Source of the DNA: Octopus sinensis
Lineage: Eukaryota
Reading direction: 5' to 3'
DNA length: 64,000 nucleotides
Assembly (NCBI RefSeq): GCF_006345805.1
Contig: NC_042998.1
Coordinates: 174,654,001 to 174,718,000 of the forward strand
Below, piece by piece: positions 45,730 through 61,029 of the stretch. A program made the position numbers and the translations under genes. Within the stretch, counting starts at the first letter, position 1. Every line of letters starts with the position of its first letter. The notes under the pieces were generated by a model. The model did no database searches. It had not been told where the DNA came from and saw nothing but the letters and a program-made list of their open reading frames with translations.

Positions 45730-46166
45730 GGTACATATGAAAATAACGAAACTCGACTAAATCAAGAAATCAGCATAAAATATTCTCGATAGCTTCTTCG
45801 CGATCTACTAAAGTGACTTCATGGTAAATTTACACACCATGCTGTTAAAGAGAAATAAAAATTATTGAAATGGGACATTACTCATTTGCCCCAATTTAGA
45901 CAAGTATTTTTGAAAATTTAAAATTATCAAATTAAACATGAGTGCAGGAAAAAAATTGACTTGGAATCCATTAAAGATAAGAATTTAAATTGTTAAACAC
46001 CAAAAATTATCCAGATATTTTATTAGCAACCTCAATTACAATTGGGTCAAAGTTAAGGAAAAATTTCTTGTAAAAAAAGTACCTGTCACTTGACTGTTTC
46101 AGACTCTCAGTAACAACTATGGTGACCAATTTTTATTCCCAAAGATGATGCAATACTTGCAGTGTG

Positions 46167-46347
46167 CAAGGGAGTGCTGAAAAGTTCCTGGCTTTGGGTA
46201 AAAAAAAATCCAGGAGAATCAGTTAATTATGATCTTATTTACTGTATTCCCTTCTCAGATTCACACACTTATTGAAGCAGTCTTTCAGTAACCTGTGAAA
46301 GAATTCAGAAGCTTGGGCTTCCAACCAGGCCTATCAGCACCCTTTCA
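46167..46347. mobile_element. Mariner-like MITE, degenerate
   Basis: CAAGGGAGTGCTGAAAAGTTCCTGG vs CCAGGCCTATCAGCACCCTTTCA|TA. Confidence 0.5.
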
Positions 46348-48588
46348 TAACGGTTTAAAACAAGTAGGAAGAAAATGAGAAACCAGAAAATTACTCATTT
46401 TGCCTCACCTACCCCTACACATTCTAAACATAGCTAACAGTACCTGAAATTGTATCTATGCTATAAAACAAAGCAAAATGATAACTGGTATCTAAAATGT
46501 TTGTGTTGTAAATGGATTGGGGAATAACTATTTTCTGTAGTTTTTAGTCAAAGGTTGGAATGTAATGATGAGTGACTTCATGTCAATAATTGAGGTAACC
46601 TTTCTTTGGATGTGAACTAATATTGATGGTGGGCAGCAGCAGCAGTGTATTCCTAGATGGAGGCAACAACAAAACTGACATAACTTTCTCTGACAACATA
46701 TTTGACATTGCACTGCCTACTCTAACACAGACTTTGTGACCGAGAGTTTAACAGAAACCATTGTTATTTTGAAGGATTTTAAGTCACTGACATTCACAGA
46801 GCAAGTTTCAATATACACACTATAAACAGACTAACATATTACTATCTACATTGAAATCAGAATATAAAGTTGTTCATGCTGGAGTTGAGATAGATGGTGC
46901 AATCAAGTGATCCACATTGTAGGCTCAGGACTTCCTAATTTAAGAGCAAGTTTTAACAAATTAATTAACAAACATTTCCTGTCAGGTTTTCTTAAGATGT
47001 TTGTGACAGCAATGTCAAAAGTTGTTCATTCACTTTGCCTGTTTTCTAGGACCAAAAATGAAAGATTCATCTCACATTATACATAAAACCTTCTCTGTCA
47101 AGTTACCAATCAAGACAGGCAAATCCATATATGACTCCACTGTAGGAAAATTTATATGGAAGACTTTCAAGTAACAATCCCAGTTGAACCATTGTTCCTA
47201 ACCATTGCATGGTTCAAATGATCAACAAGGATATGAACATTTTATATCATCATGTTACACCTATTTTTCATACTGGGATCAGTTGAAGTTGCTGCCCTTC
47301 TAAATGGGTTGGATGATCATGTCTTGCTTGTACATTTCATTTTGGGTTTGGTTTCTTTGACTAGATACCCTTCCTGTCACCAACTGTGTTACAGAGTATA
47401 CTAGATACATTTTATTGCAGCAACAGCACCAGAGAAGCACCAAATCTCAGCTCATTCTCCTACCACTTTATAGAGCGTCCTGAGTGGATTTCATTGTAGC
47501 ATTAATACTAGTGGAGTTGCTCTGTACCCATAAGATTAGAGATTCCATACCACCCTATGATGTTCTTTCACCTCTGCCAAACTCTATATTGTGTTTATAC
47601 CAAAATCACACGAGAAGTCTCATGTGTGATTTTTTTTGGATTGCTGGAAATAGCAGCCAAATCTCCCTCAAATCAAACAAATGGAAAAATGATATTAATA
47701 TTCCATTTATTGTATATTCTTATCTAAATTATCCAATATGCCTTTTTTAAGTCATCATCATCATCGCTTAACGTCTGCTTTCCATTGAATTGTAATTAAA
47801 AAAAAACTTGGCTGCTATTTTTTGTGAATTGATTGACTGTATAGTGGCTTACTTGGAGGCTCTTAATGAGGTGAGATGATTATAGCTAGAATGTCTCTAA
47901 TCATTGACCTGCTTAATCAAAATTGATCTAGGGTTAAAAAACAAAAACAACTGTCTTTTCCAAAACTTACTTCTCAATTCTATTCATTCATGTAAATTGT
48001 GTATTTCTTCTGGATATTCTGTCTGTACTTCTTGCTTTTCCAACTTTCAATATCTTGTGCCAAGTCTATTCTTCCTACTAATATCTAATGCATCCTTATA
48101 TCTCATACTGTCTCTTTATTTTAGGGTGTCTAGTAAATTTGAGACAAGAAAATACATCAGAAAAAAATAACAGATGAAATGATATCATGAATAGAATACA
48201 TGCAACACTACATATAATGAGGCTTGAGAATATATTTCTTGGACAATGTTATTAAATGGTAATATTTGAGATATTTAAAAGATACTGTTAACTGACTGAT
48301 GCGTAATGTCTTATGTAAATGGCTACATCTTAAAAACTGATTTTTAGTTACAAGAATATAATTGATTGCAAGAAATGACTATTTGGAAATGAAGTTTCAG
48401 TATAACCTAAGACATCTACAAACAAATCTACCATCAAAGTTAAGAAACTGGTGTCAACAGGAAATGTTGAATCAAAATTTTTATGGGTTTCATCTCATTG
48501 ATATACTGTCTTGTAGCCAGCCACTTTGGTATTAAATACAAAATATAAAGAAAAAAATATCTGTATTTCATGAAAAACAAATGACGTT

Positions 48589-50100
48589 ATGGAGCAAAAC
48601 TTGTGTAAAAGTCAAGATTACAGTGAAATACAAACTGACGTTAGTGATTTATCTCATCAGACACATGTAGACATACAGAAGGAATTATATACAAGTGGAA
48701 AGACATTCTCTGAGAACTGTATTTTAACTTCTCACAAATGTAATCACACAGGGGAGAAGCCATATCTTTGTGATAATTGTGGGAAAACATTCTCACATAA
48801 GTGTAAATTACTTTATCATAATCGTATTCACACAGGAGAGAAGCCATACCATTGTGGCCTCTGCGGGAAAACATTTTCTGAGAGTGGTGCATTAGCTCGT
48901 CATAAACGTATTCATACAGGTGAGAGACCATATCACTGTAACATATGTGGTAAAGGATTTACGCGCAATATACATTTGACTAATCACAAAAGCAGTCATT
49001 CTGTTGAGAAACCATATCTTTGTGTGACTTGTGGTAAAACATTCTCTCACAGGTTTAAATTAACTTATCATACACGTATTCACACAGGAGAGAAACCATA
49101 CCACTGTGATATTTGTGGAAGAGCCTTCTCAAAAAGTGGAGCATTATCGTATCACAAACGTACTCACACAGGTGAGAAACCATACGTCTGTGATACTTGT
49201 AATAAAGCATTTTCTCGGAATACACATTTGACTCAACATAAGCGTACCCACACAGGTGAAAAACCATATCATTGTGATATCTGCAATAAAACATTTACTC
49301 GGAGTGCACATTTGACTTACCACAAACGTTCTCACACAGGTGAGAAACCATACAGGTGTGATGTTTGTGGTAAAGCATTTGCTAAAAGCGGAACATTGAG
49401 TCATCATAAATATATTCATTCAAGTGAGAAACCATATCAGTGTGATACCTGTGGCAAAACATTTTCACATATGTGTAAATTAAAATATCATAAGCATGTT
49501 CACACAGGTGAGAAACCTTACCACTGTGAGACTTGTGACAAAACATTTTCACACAAGTGTAAGCTGACTCATCATAAACATATTCATACAAATATAAAAC
49601 CATTCCGTTGTGACAAATGTGGTAAAGACTTTTCTCAGAGTACATATTTGAATGATCATAAACGTACTCACACTAGTGAAAAACCATATCATTGTGATGT
49701 CTGTGGCAAAACATTCAGACAAAGTAGTGCATTAACTTCTCATGTACGTACACACACAGGTGAGAAACCATACCACTGTGATATCTGTGCTAAAACATTT
49801 GCAGAGAAAGGTGCATTATCTTCCCATAAACGTATTCATACAGGCGAGAAGCCATACCATTGCGATATCTGTGGTAAATCATTTACTCAGAAAGCAAGTT
49901 TAATTCATCACAAACCTACTCACACAGGTGAAAAGCCATATAAATGTAGTGTCTGTGATAGAGCGTTTACACAGAGTGGTTCTTTAACTGCACATAAACG
50001 TATTCATACAGGTGAGAAACCATATCACTGTGATATTTGTGGTAAAACATTTTCATACAAGAGTAACTTAACTGTCCACCAGCTTATACACAGGAGTTAG
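48589..50100 (+). CDS. C2H2 zinc-finger protein, 503 aa, 16 fingers plus an N-terminal finger lacking CxxC; cluster gene 3
   Basis: Uninterrupted tandem C2H2/TGEKP ORF; same leader and terminal finger as the paralogs. Confidence 0.95.
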   Translation: MEQNLCKSQDYSEIQTDVSDLSHQTHVDIQKELYTSGKTFSENCILTSHKCNHTGEKPYLCDNCGKTFSHKCKLLYHNRIHTGEKPYHCGLCGKTFSESGALARHKRIHTGERPYHCNICGKGFTRNIHLTNHKSSHSVEKPYLCVTCGKTFSHRFKLTYHTRIHTGEKPYHCDICGRAFSKSGALSYHKRTHTGEKPYVCDTCNKAFSRNTHLTQHKRTHTGEKPYHCDICNKTFTRSAHLTYHKRSHTGEKPYRCDVCGKAFAKSGTLSHHKYIHSSEKPYQCDTCGKTFSHMCKLKYHKHVHTGEKPYHCETCDKTFSHKCKLTHHKHIHTNIKPFRCDKCGKDFSQSTYLNDHKRTHTSEKPYHCDVCGKTFRQSSALTSHVRTHTGEKPYHCDICAKTFAEKGALSSHKRIHTGEKPYHCDICGKSFTQKASLIHHKPTHTGEKPYKCSVCDRAFTQSGSLTAHKRIHTGEKPYHCDICGKTFSYKSNLTVHQLIHRS

Positions 50101-50106
50101 GAACTA

Positions 50107-50292
50107 TCATCATCATCATCATTTAACGTCCGCTTTCCATGCTAGCATGGGTTGGATGGTTTGACTGGGGTCTGGGAAGCCAGAAGGCTGCACCAGGCTC
50201 AGTCTGATCTGGCAGTGTTTCTACAGCTGGATGCCCTTCCTAACGCCAACCACTCTGTGAGTGTAGTGGGTGCTTTTTACGTGCCACCGGCA
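50107..50292 (-). mobile_element. Family C insertion 6 bp after the ZNF3 stop
   Basis: (CAT)n tail and body; the decayed finger reading resumes at 50293 (CCA TAT CAT AGT GAT ATT TGT GGT AAA). Confidence 0.88.
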
Positions 50293-52009
50293 CCATATCA
50301 TAGTGATATTTGTGGTAAAATATTTTCATGCAATGTACAGTTGAAAAACCAGTGATTTCTCAAGTAGGCCATTCTTGTCAAAGAGCCTTTTGACTATACC
50401 ATATCTTATTTACTCCCACACAGGAATAACTATTCTGTATCGTAGATGATTGTAATTATCTCTCATTGTTGAAGTAATTTTGAAACTCAAGTATGTTATT
50501 TAATAAGAAATAAATATCTGAACCCTTCATATTGTTAAGCATATGTAAAATATATATATATGTATTATGCCTTAAGTTTACTATGTTAATTCAAATAAGA
50601 GTACTCCAAAGTAATGTATTATCAACTATAAAGAGAGAATGCAAGTTTCACCACAATAAAATTATTCAAAGTCTTGTCTGCTTTCTGGTCAGATGATTTA
50701 AATGTGTTGAGATATCGAGATGTAATCATCAAATGTTACAGATACCATAAGTGTATCTCAAGAAAGAATATATTGGTTCATCTCATAAATATTGCAGTTT
50801 TTTTTTTCAGTTGCATGAACTAAAAGTCAAAGGGGGATGGGATAAACTACCTGCATCAACTTGCTATAAAACCAGGTAGTAATTTCACCTTACACTTATT
50901 CTTAGTGCAATTTTTGAAGAGTGCAGTCCAATTTTAACATGACTAGTAGCAAAATAGTGAAGATATAACTATTTTGCTACTAGTAATTACTGACAGTTCA
51001 TCTGAAATAATTTGTTTCTTTGGATTGTAGCTATATTGATTTGGAAAACTCAATTGTCTTTATTACTTTTCTACAGAGATAACCATGTGTATTCTGAGAA
51101 ATCAGTAGGTTGAGTCTGTTGACATCTCAGACTTGGAATGTCTTTATGCTCTTTTTTAACACTGTGTAACCAGAAAGAAATCATGTCTTGCTTGATATGA
51201 ACTGGATGAATATCGATAGTTCAACATTTATTCATAAGATTGAAACCTGAAGGAACTTCAGGATCTGATGAGGTTTTAAGGGTAAGATTCTTCTGAGGAA
51301 ATATCAGGCCATAATATTTTGAGCAAGACTATTGCTATCATCATTTCAATATCCACTTTTTCAATGCTTGCACAAGTCAGATGGTCTTCCTGTTGTCAAT
51401 CTTCAACTGTTTCCGAGCAAGGTAGTATTTTCCCTAGTCTTGTGAACAATGAATAGACTGCAAATGCTTTTGCTAAGGATTGTAAACAATAAATGTCATT
51501 TGTGTGAATGGTGACTTTTTGTTTGCACATATCTCAAAGCAAAGAGAGTACATTCTCACACACACACATCAACAACAGGTTTCTTCCAGTTTACGTCTAT
51601 TAAATTTCACTCACAAGTCATTGGTCAACCAGTGAAAACAGACCTTTAAACACATGGTTCCATGACTGCACCTACCAATTCACATTAAATTATTTGTCTG
51701 ATGAAAGCTGTTAATGAAGATTTTTGAAAAGAATTCCCTTCTGGAGGGAGTAAATGAGCATCTCCTTCAGTAGTTGTGCAAAAGGTGGGCAAAGATTTTA
51801 GAATAAATACCAGTGAGATGACAAAAATTTGTTCAGATTCTTATTCAACTGCAAATATTGAATTATTATTTCCTTTTTCTGATATGAATTATTTTATTCA
51901 ACTGGATTTAAAAGGAACAATATCATAAGATAGCAGTGTACTCTGAAGTAAGCAAAATTATAACAATAGATATACCAATGCATATTTTAAGCTGGATATG
52001 ACATACATA

Positions 52010-52110
52010 GCATCTTGAGCAAGTGTCTTCTATTAGTCCCAGGCTGACCAAAGCCTTGTAAATGGAACTGACAGACAGAAACTGAAAGAAACCTGCCTTC
52101 TATGTACATA
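52010..52110 (+). mobile_element. SINE family B fragment
   Basis: CTTGAGCAAGTGTCTTCTA...GACCAAAGCCTTG...GAAACTGAAAGAA. Confidence 0.65.
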
Positions 52111-53574
52111 CATATATGCACTAGGATAGCAAGCAGTAGGAGCAGTCCACTCCAGGTGGCACTTTTGGATCCGCCATAGGCAATACGTGTTTCTTGTGAG
52201 GTCCAGGAGTGGTAAATAGAAGGGCCACCCTAGGCAGCACACCCTCTAGCTACACTAATGCATATGTGTGAGTATGTCTCCTTGTCTTGATATTGCATAT
52301 TAGTTGTAAACAGGTCACCATACAAGTGGCATCTTTCATTTCCAATCTTATGTGAAGTTATACCTGTCCATGGGGAAATATTACCTTTCTTGGAAGCAGG
52401 TGAAGGCATCTGGCTGTAGAAAATCTGCCTCAGTGAACTCTACATGACCTAAATAAATGTTAAAACAATGATGACATCTTCCATACAGAAATAAAACAAC
52501 CAATACTATATTTCAAAAAACAATAAAATATATTGTTGAAAATAACATTGATAATGTTATTATTTGTCAAGATAGTATATGTATATAAGTACTAAAAAAA
52601 CTGCTGAAAGTCTACATATCAAAGTCAATAAGATTGTGAAAAAAAAACGTTGAAATTATCAGACATGCTACTAAATCTGTGTTAGAGGTTCCTGTACCCA
52701 CCATTAATGACTATTGGACACAAGAATTTTTAAAAGTTGGTAAAGTTCCATGTAACAAGAGACCAGAAGAACTGGCTACAGTTGAGGTAACAGGAAAGTT
52801 TGTAGACTGAGCAATGCACGAAGACATATTTTACTTCTTCAGTGGAGTCTGCATGCAGTCTACTTGGTGAAAGAGATAGCCCCAGATTTGGTGTTATCTG
52901 AGAAGTAACCATGTTTCATAAGTGGGGAGAACATTGGAACTCAGTACTGTGTATTCAATGAAATAGGTACACAGAAGGTGTATTGGAATGTCTTGCATAT
53001 TGACAGAGAGCCAGGACTTCATATAATCAACAGCAGTATCACTTATAAAGAGAAACCACGAACTGTTGAGATAGCTCACTAAATACAGACAGTAGATTGG
53101 CACCTCAGTGATCAAAGTACAACTAGAGGTTGTAGCAAAAACATAGTTACTCAAGTGAGGTAGGAAGGGGGAAAATTTAGAGTACAGTTGACGACTAAGG
53201 GTTTCTCGTTATGTTCCAGAATCAAACTATAAAACAAGTTTAATGAGCAGGATGCATGTTAGATCTGCAGGGGAAGAGAGAGAATATTCTAATTCATATG
53301 AATCGTTCCGGTGTAGGAACTGCAGAGCTCAGATAAAAAGAATAAAGACAGCTAACTCTGAAAAACAGACACCAATGCTATATAGTTCTTGTATCAAATA
53401 GTTGAAGATTCGCTGATGTCAAGAGCAACAAGAGAGATTTCGACGGAGCTCAAGCTTGAGAAATCACCAAACATATAATAAAGTCATCATTAAAGTGGAA
53501 CTGATAGTCACCGAAAATATCAACAATATTTCAACTAAAAAAAACAAAGAAAGACTGATAATCCATAAACGTAT

Positions 53575-53940
53575 ATTTGTTTCTTTGATATATTCTGTAA
53601 TATTAAAAGAATAATATATATATTTGATGAATGAAGTAGGGAAACGAAGATATTTTACGAAAACAAGGCTTAGTTAGGTTTGTGTAAGATTGTATCACTT
53701 AGTTTGTTCTATTATCTTTTTTCCGTATGTCTTGCATTTGTCAAAGTTATTATTGTAAACAAACGAGAAAGAGAAGGAAAATAGTAAGTGGACCTATTAT
53801 CAGTTTTTTTAGTTTGAAGATTTTTTATCTTTCGAATTTTAGTGAAAACATGCCCGCTGTTGACGAGCTTTATTTGGGCCGTTTAAAAGAAATACATGGA
53901 TAAACAAAGTAGGGCTACTTTCGATAAGCACTTCCCATTA
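53575..53940 (+). promoter_or_regulatory. Candidate promoter and first exon of ZNF gene 4 (donor at 53784)
   Basis: Homologous to the blocks at 12610 and 44600. Confidence 0.55.
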
Positions 53941-54059
53941 TATATGTATATAGTTACAAAACAAAAAGGCTAATATGTTGACGAAAAAAAGAAAATTTTA
54001 ATTTTCTCTACTTCTGTGGTCACTGTTTATAGTACCTTCGATATGCGAACTTCTCTTTT

Positions 54060-54238
54060 TTTTTATTGCCCACGAGGGGCTAAACATAGAGGGGACAAAC
54101 AAGGACAGTCAAACGGATTAAGTCGATTACATCGACCCAGTGCGTAACTGGTACTTAATTTATTGACCCCAAAAGGATGAAAGGCAATGTCGACCTCGGC
54201 GGAATTTGAACTCAGAACGCAACGGCGGACGAAATACC
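54060..54238 (-). mobile_element. SINE family A, 5'-truncated
   Basis: Core and tail match. Confidence 0.85.
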
Positions 54239-56144
54239 AAACCTTCGATATTCGAACTTCAGCACACTATCTACCCTGTCTGTGATATGCTAATGTGAAC
54301 ATTGCATATTGTTTTGCATGCCTATATGCCGGGGATATTATTTAATGCGATTACATTTTCGATGTCAGAAACTGTTTTATGGATATGGTGCTTGGATGAC
54401 ATTAGTAAATTTCGAAACTCACTTGTAACTAAAATAACGGTTGCTAACAATGCTTATGTTTATTATATGCTAGATAGAAAATTGCTATTTTTGGTAGTTG
54501 TACCCTATTCTATTTGATACCTTACAAAAGTTTTACATGCTGGTAGATATCTTGTATTGTTTGTTAGTAATGTTGCACTGTTGCATACATATGAAGTTGC
54601 TGGTTGATTGCCTCACGCATAAGCGGTTTCTCAAAGCAAGGGACTCGGTCCTTGATGACTGGTTGTTTCACTGTAGCGTCTGTCATCCTTTATACATCAC
54701 GTCAATTTATCTTTCTATCATTTTTGTTGTTTATTTTCTTCGTTTCATATATTCATATGATGTTGGGGTCCATATCAACAAACACCTCTTTTGGGGAACA
54801 GCATCTTTACCAAGATCTGCTCCTTTTGATGTCAAAGGTAACATTCGAAATGACCAGATGATTTAAGATTTCATCTCAAAACAGCGTGCACCTTTTTCAG
54901 GAGGGCATGTCTTAGCAGATGCTGTGCATATACCTACTCTTCCAGTATAGGATATTAGTTATTTTGTGACTAATTCATAATTGGTCTCCATGTGCTGAAG
55001 CTATTCCTATATCGACCACTTGAAGGATCAATAAATAGAGTACTCACACGTCTAGGTTTGGCTAAGGGTATTACCAACTTGGGTAGTCACTCTGGGTGTT
55101 ATGTATTTGGGGTCTTAATAAAAATAATGAATAAAATAATGCTTTATTCTTATTGTTAATAAACTATAGAAAACACATTATTCCTGCTTTTACTGGTTTT
55201 ACTCGTGAAAAAAATTTTTTTAAAGGGATTCATTTGTAAGGGTACCGAGATTCAGCTTGCTGAGAGCACAAACAATACTTGGATAATTTGTGTAGTTTAC
55301 ATTACTGAAATTTTGATAAGTTAGAAAATGTATTCGTTAAACTTAGCCAAATCTCACCTCAAATCGCAAAGCACTGTATTAAATAAGGAAAAGGCACATT
55401 AGGTAATGTAGTACTAATGTGTACTACAAACCTCGCAAAAGTCAGGATGTTCATGGCTAGATTGCTTCATATTATGTCTGCTTGATTTCAATTGACCAAG
55501 GATTAAACAACAATTATCTTTTCCACGACTTTAGCGCCACTCTCCTCTTTCACCTAATCAAACTGTTGTGTATCCCCCACTAGGCCCTTCTTGTTTACTT
55601 CCTGTTCTAACTTTCAATATCACATGTCAAGTCTCTTCTCAACATTAATATTTAACAAACTGATATCTTGCTCTCTCTCATTTTATTTCAGGATGCCTGG
55701 GTAACATTAGGACAACAGTTCATCACTCAGGGTTCTTCAACAAATTAATGAAGACTATCACAAACTCTAGAAATGACATTATCAGAGAATACCAGTAATG
55801 ATGTTAATATAATCTTAAAAAATCTGAAGATATACATATTAGTTGAAACTTAAAAGATAAAGTTAATTGGTTGGTATATATCTGAACCAGTACATGCATC
55901 TTGAAGTGATTTTGATTACAAGAAAATTATCCATTTTGAAAAATGACTTTATCCGAAGAATGCACTTTGACAGCATTTTATCGGAACATTTTTACTGGCC
56001 AATCTACAATCCATTGTCAGAGATAATAAACTAATGTCAGTGTGAAATTTTGAATTGAAGTCCTTGTGGATATTATGTCTCTTAGACAGCCACTCCAACA
56101 ATTTTGAATATTAGGAAATGAATTTTATTTGTATTTTATGAAGA

Positions 56145-57508
<1,364 letters not shown>

Positions 57509-57744
57509 GAAGCCATAACATCAACACCGCAAGTAAACATTCCCTGCAAGTACTATCTAAACTTCTTATTGACAAATACAATTAAAATGATACCTCTGTG
57601 ATATTTGTAACAAAATATTTCCGCATGAAAGTAAATTAAGTTCTTGTAAATGTATTCACACAGATGAGAAGCCATCCTGTTGAAACACTCATATACAGGG
57701 AAAAAAATTAAGAATTCCATGTTCAACACACAGGAGAGTAATAT

Positions 57745-57912
57745 GGTGTGGTGTGTTTATGTCCCTGTAACTTAGCAGTTCAGCAAAAGAGACCAATAGA
57801 ATAAGTACTAGGCTTACGAAGAATAAGTCCTGGGGTTGATTTGCTCGACTAAAGGTGGTGCTCCAGCATGGCTGTAGTCAAGGATTGAAACAAGTAAAAG
57901 AATAAAAGAATA
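57745..57912 (+). mobile_element. SINE family B tail half
   Basis: Matches the reverse complement of 19094-19260. Confidence 0.85.
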
Positions 57913-58023
57913 TAGGAAATTTTCCCTTGTTTTGTGTTGTAGCAAGACATCGCTTTTTCTCTCTGTTAATACATTAATCAAAATTCCTTTAACTGTTTAA
58001 CTTTTAAACTGGCTAGATCGTTA

Positions 58024-58277
58024 CCAGCGTTGCCTTACTGGCACCTGTCCGGGTGGCATGTGTAAAAAGATTCAAGCAAGGTCGTTGCCAGTACTGCCTG
58101 ACTGGTCCCACTACACTCTCAGAGTGGTTGGCATTAGGAAGGGCATCCAGCTGTTGAAACTCTGCCAGATCAAGATTGGAGCCTGGTACAGCCATCTGGT
58201 TCGCCAGCCCTCAGTCAAAATCGTCCAACCCATGCTAGCATGGAAAACGGATGCTAAATGATGATGATGATGATGAT
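58024..58277 (+). mobile_element. RTE 3' UTR-derived repeat (family C)
   Basis: Body and (GAT)n tail. Confidence 0.85.
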
Positions 58278-59249
58278 ATAAGGCCCTAAGATTCTACCTC
58301 TTTTATGTTCAAATTGGTCAGATCCAGCCTCTCACACCTAAATAAATATTCACATCATCAATATCTCAAAGCTATAAGATGATGTATGATTAATTTTTTA
58401 AAATGTGAATAAATAATTATTACATTTGACAGGGTAATCTGAATGTTGAAGAATTAATGCTCTCATTAGTTATTTAAATAAGCAACTTCCATCATGTTAA
58501 ACTTATGAGAAAAATTTCATCGTATGCAATTAACCAAATGAGTTCATTTTCTGTAGCTAGTTCTTAAATTTGTTAAGTATTGGGAGGCAGACCCGTATGT
58601 AACTGATTTCATGTTCTATATGTTGACAAATCTCCCTCCAAGCCATACCTACAGAAGTTGTTGAATTCAGCACAGCCAGCTTATAAACCACTTGTCAGTA
58701 TTATAATGCTGTCAAGTGGTGAGTTCTTTTTAAAATGTAACATATACCATCATGCCTGTAGTGAAGTATTCTTCTCATTATTGTAGTTTGACTTGTGGAG
58801 GGCCTCGTGTAGTTAAGGAACAACACCATGACTGTGCAAAATGTTCTCTCATTATAACAATGTCCTACATGAATACACATAACAACCTTCTTTTAAAACA
58901 ATGTATTTAATTGAAAGAAAATGTCACAATCGAAATTACCACACTGGAAGTAAGTCTTAGAAAATGGATGAAATAGGTTTTATAATGAAAGTTTGTTGAA
59001 ATTATTTAAGAAATAGCTATAAAACAACACTTGTAATATTTACTATTCCTGGTTCTCTGAAGTATTTTGCTTTTATTATAGTAGTTGTTACACATTTTTG
59101 AGAAACTCTTCTTCAAAATACCCAAAGATATTATAGATGTATTTGTTCTACTCTAAAATATTTTTGTATTAAATTCTTCCAAATTGTTTCTTCTGATATG
59201 GACAGAAGTTAGAACTTACATTTTATATTTTATAAAATTTGTTTTGGAA

Positions 59250-60900
59250 TTCTCAGAGAGTAAAATTGAAGAGTTTTGCAATGATAAAGACTAGTTCTAG
59301 ATCTTACACGAGATAAAATGCTAAAAAAGTTTACCATCACAGTATGTACCAATTGAGCTCTTTCTGACAAGAAGCTTCCAACTGAAGTAATGAGAAGTAG
59401 ATAAAGTCTATACGTGGGTATCTTAGCTCCAAGATTTTGGTGATATCAAATGGGGTAAAATTGATTTCACTGAACTTATTAAAGGCAAAGTACCATTTGT
59501 GAGTGGCATAGTTTCCCTTGTAAATTTCATTGTGTAAGCCATACTGTTGACTACAAGGAAAGAGAGAAAAATTTAAGAATTGAGATTGTTATATTCATTT
59601 TTATGCTTGTTTGAAATGAGTTGGGTAGATTTGGAAATGTTGCTGGGAGAATTTTAGCTAGGATGTTGTTTGGATTTGTTTTAGGATATATAACCATAGA
59701 TACCATATTTCTAGTGAAACAACTGCAAGAGAAGGTTTTGGTTAGGAAGGAACAAAAATTTTCTTTGCTTTTATTGATCTGCTTTGGATATTCTCTAAGG
59801 ATCCTTTTTCTCATTATAGCTTTTGAGCTGATAATTTTTTGGAGGCATTGAATGCATTGCTTTTAGCATGAAAATCCATGTAACCAAGACAAAGTTTGTA
59901 TCCTCTGGTATCTTTCCTTCTGAAAGGATCCCTGTCATAGTCATTGGTGTGATTTTAAAGAAGGCTGATCAATTCAGGTACTTTAGTACTATTTTCACTG
60001 CCATAGGCCAGAGTAGAGATGAGATAGACATTCGCATCAACTATGCGTGCAGTGTGTTCTGCCAACTTGAAAGCCAGGTTTGTTTAAGGTGAGAAATCCA
60101 TCTAGCAACAAAAGTTCTCATCTAGCAAGGACTTCTTATCCTGCTTTATGACTGCAAGATATAGCCAATGAGCAGTATACTAATGAAAGAAAGCTGAAAG
60201 TATTTAACTACTCTTGCCTTTGGAAAGTATTGGAAATGATTGCTTCCTTCACATTCATGACGTTTGAAGTGAATGTATTAGGTCGATATTTGGTGAGTTT
60301 GGAAAGGTCTTTTTTTGGTGGAAAAACATACTCAGAACTTGAGTGAGCAAGATTGAAAAGTTTTACAATGATAAAATTTAATTGTAGAGCACATTTGAGA
60401 GTAATGGCAAGTACATTATCTGGGCCAGTGTTCTTGTTTATTTGTAGTGCTCAAATATTTGGTAACTATGTATAAAATTTTTATTGAGTGTATTGTGGAG
60501 TTGAGAATAATGTAGGCTGTGAATGGGAAAAACTTCCTCTGAAAGGGTGCTAATCATGGAGAAATTTTGGTTAAGGAGTGAAGTGGATCAAGATTTTTAA
60601 ATGTTGATAGAGATTTATGTGGCAAGGGACCAGAACTGGCCACCATTTGGGAGACAGAGTGTTTGCATGTAGGGAAATGTACAAAGATATCTTTTAGAAT
60701 GTAAAACACTGATAGACAGGCAGCCTCAAATCCCAGCAACACTTGAAAAGTAGACTTGCTTTAGTAGTAACAAGAATGTATGTAGCATCTGTGAACAATG
60801 TAATGATTCCACAAAAGAGACAGGATCTCTGATGATCTTGGACTTCAAATAGGATATATGCATAGAAATGGTTAATAGCAGGAACACTTCATGAAAGCAA
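59250..60900. mobile_element. Old LINE fossils: RTE-like RT on + (about 59640-60100) amid CR1/L2-like remnants on -
   Basis: + strand FGFVLGYITIDTIFLVKQLQEK, MKIHVTKTK, DQFRYF...EIDIRINYA; - strand NKNTGPDNV..TLKCA and KYRPNTFTSNV. Heavily decayed. Confidence 0.55.
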
Positions 60901-61029
60901 GTTCATATAGTTCACCAACTATAGTTTCTGTCACCTATATTATTTAAGCAGTTCTGGGAATAACTATAGTGAAAGCATTACAGCTCAAAAGAGGAATAAG
61001 TGGAAGAAATTCTTTCTATTGTTCTATTG

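Noticed and set aside
52730-53150. Minus-strand L1/Tx1 C-terminal zinc-finger remnant (EEVKYVFVHC)
   Set aside because: Single weak motif; needs a profile search.
54500-55110. 122-aa and 85-aa ORFs
   Set aside because: No recognisable domain or splice context; probably decayed repeat.
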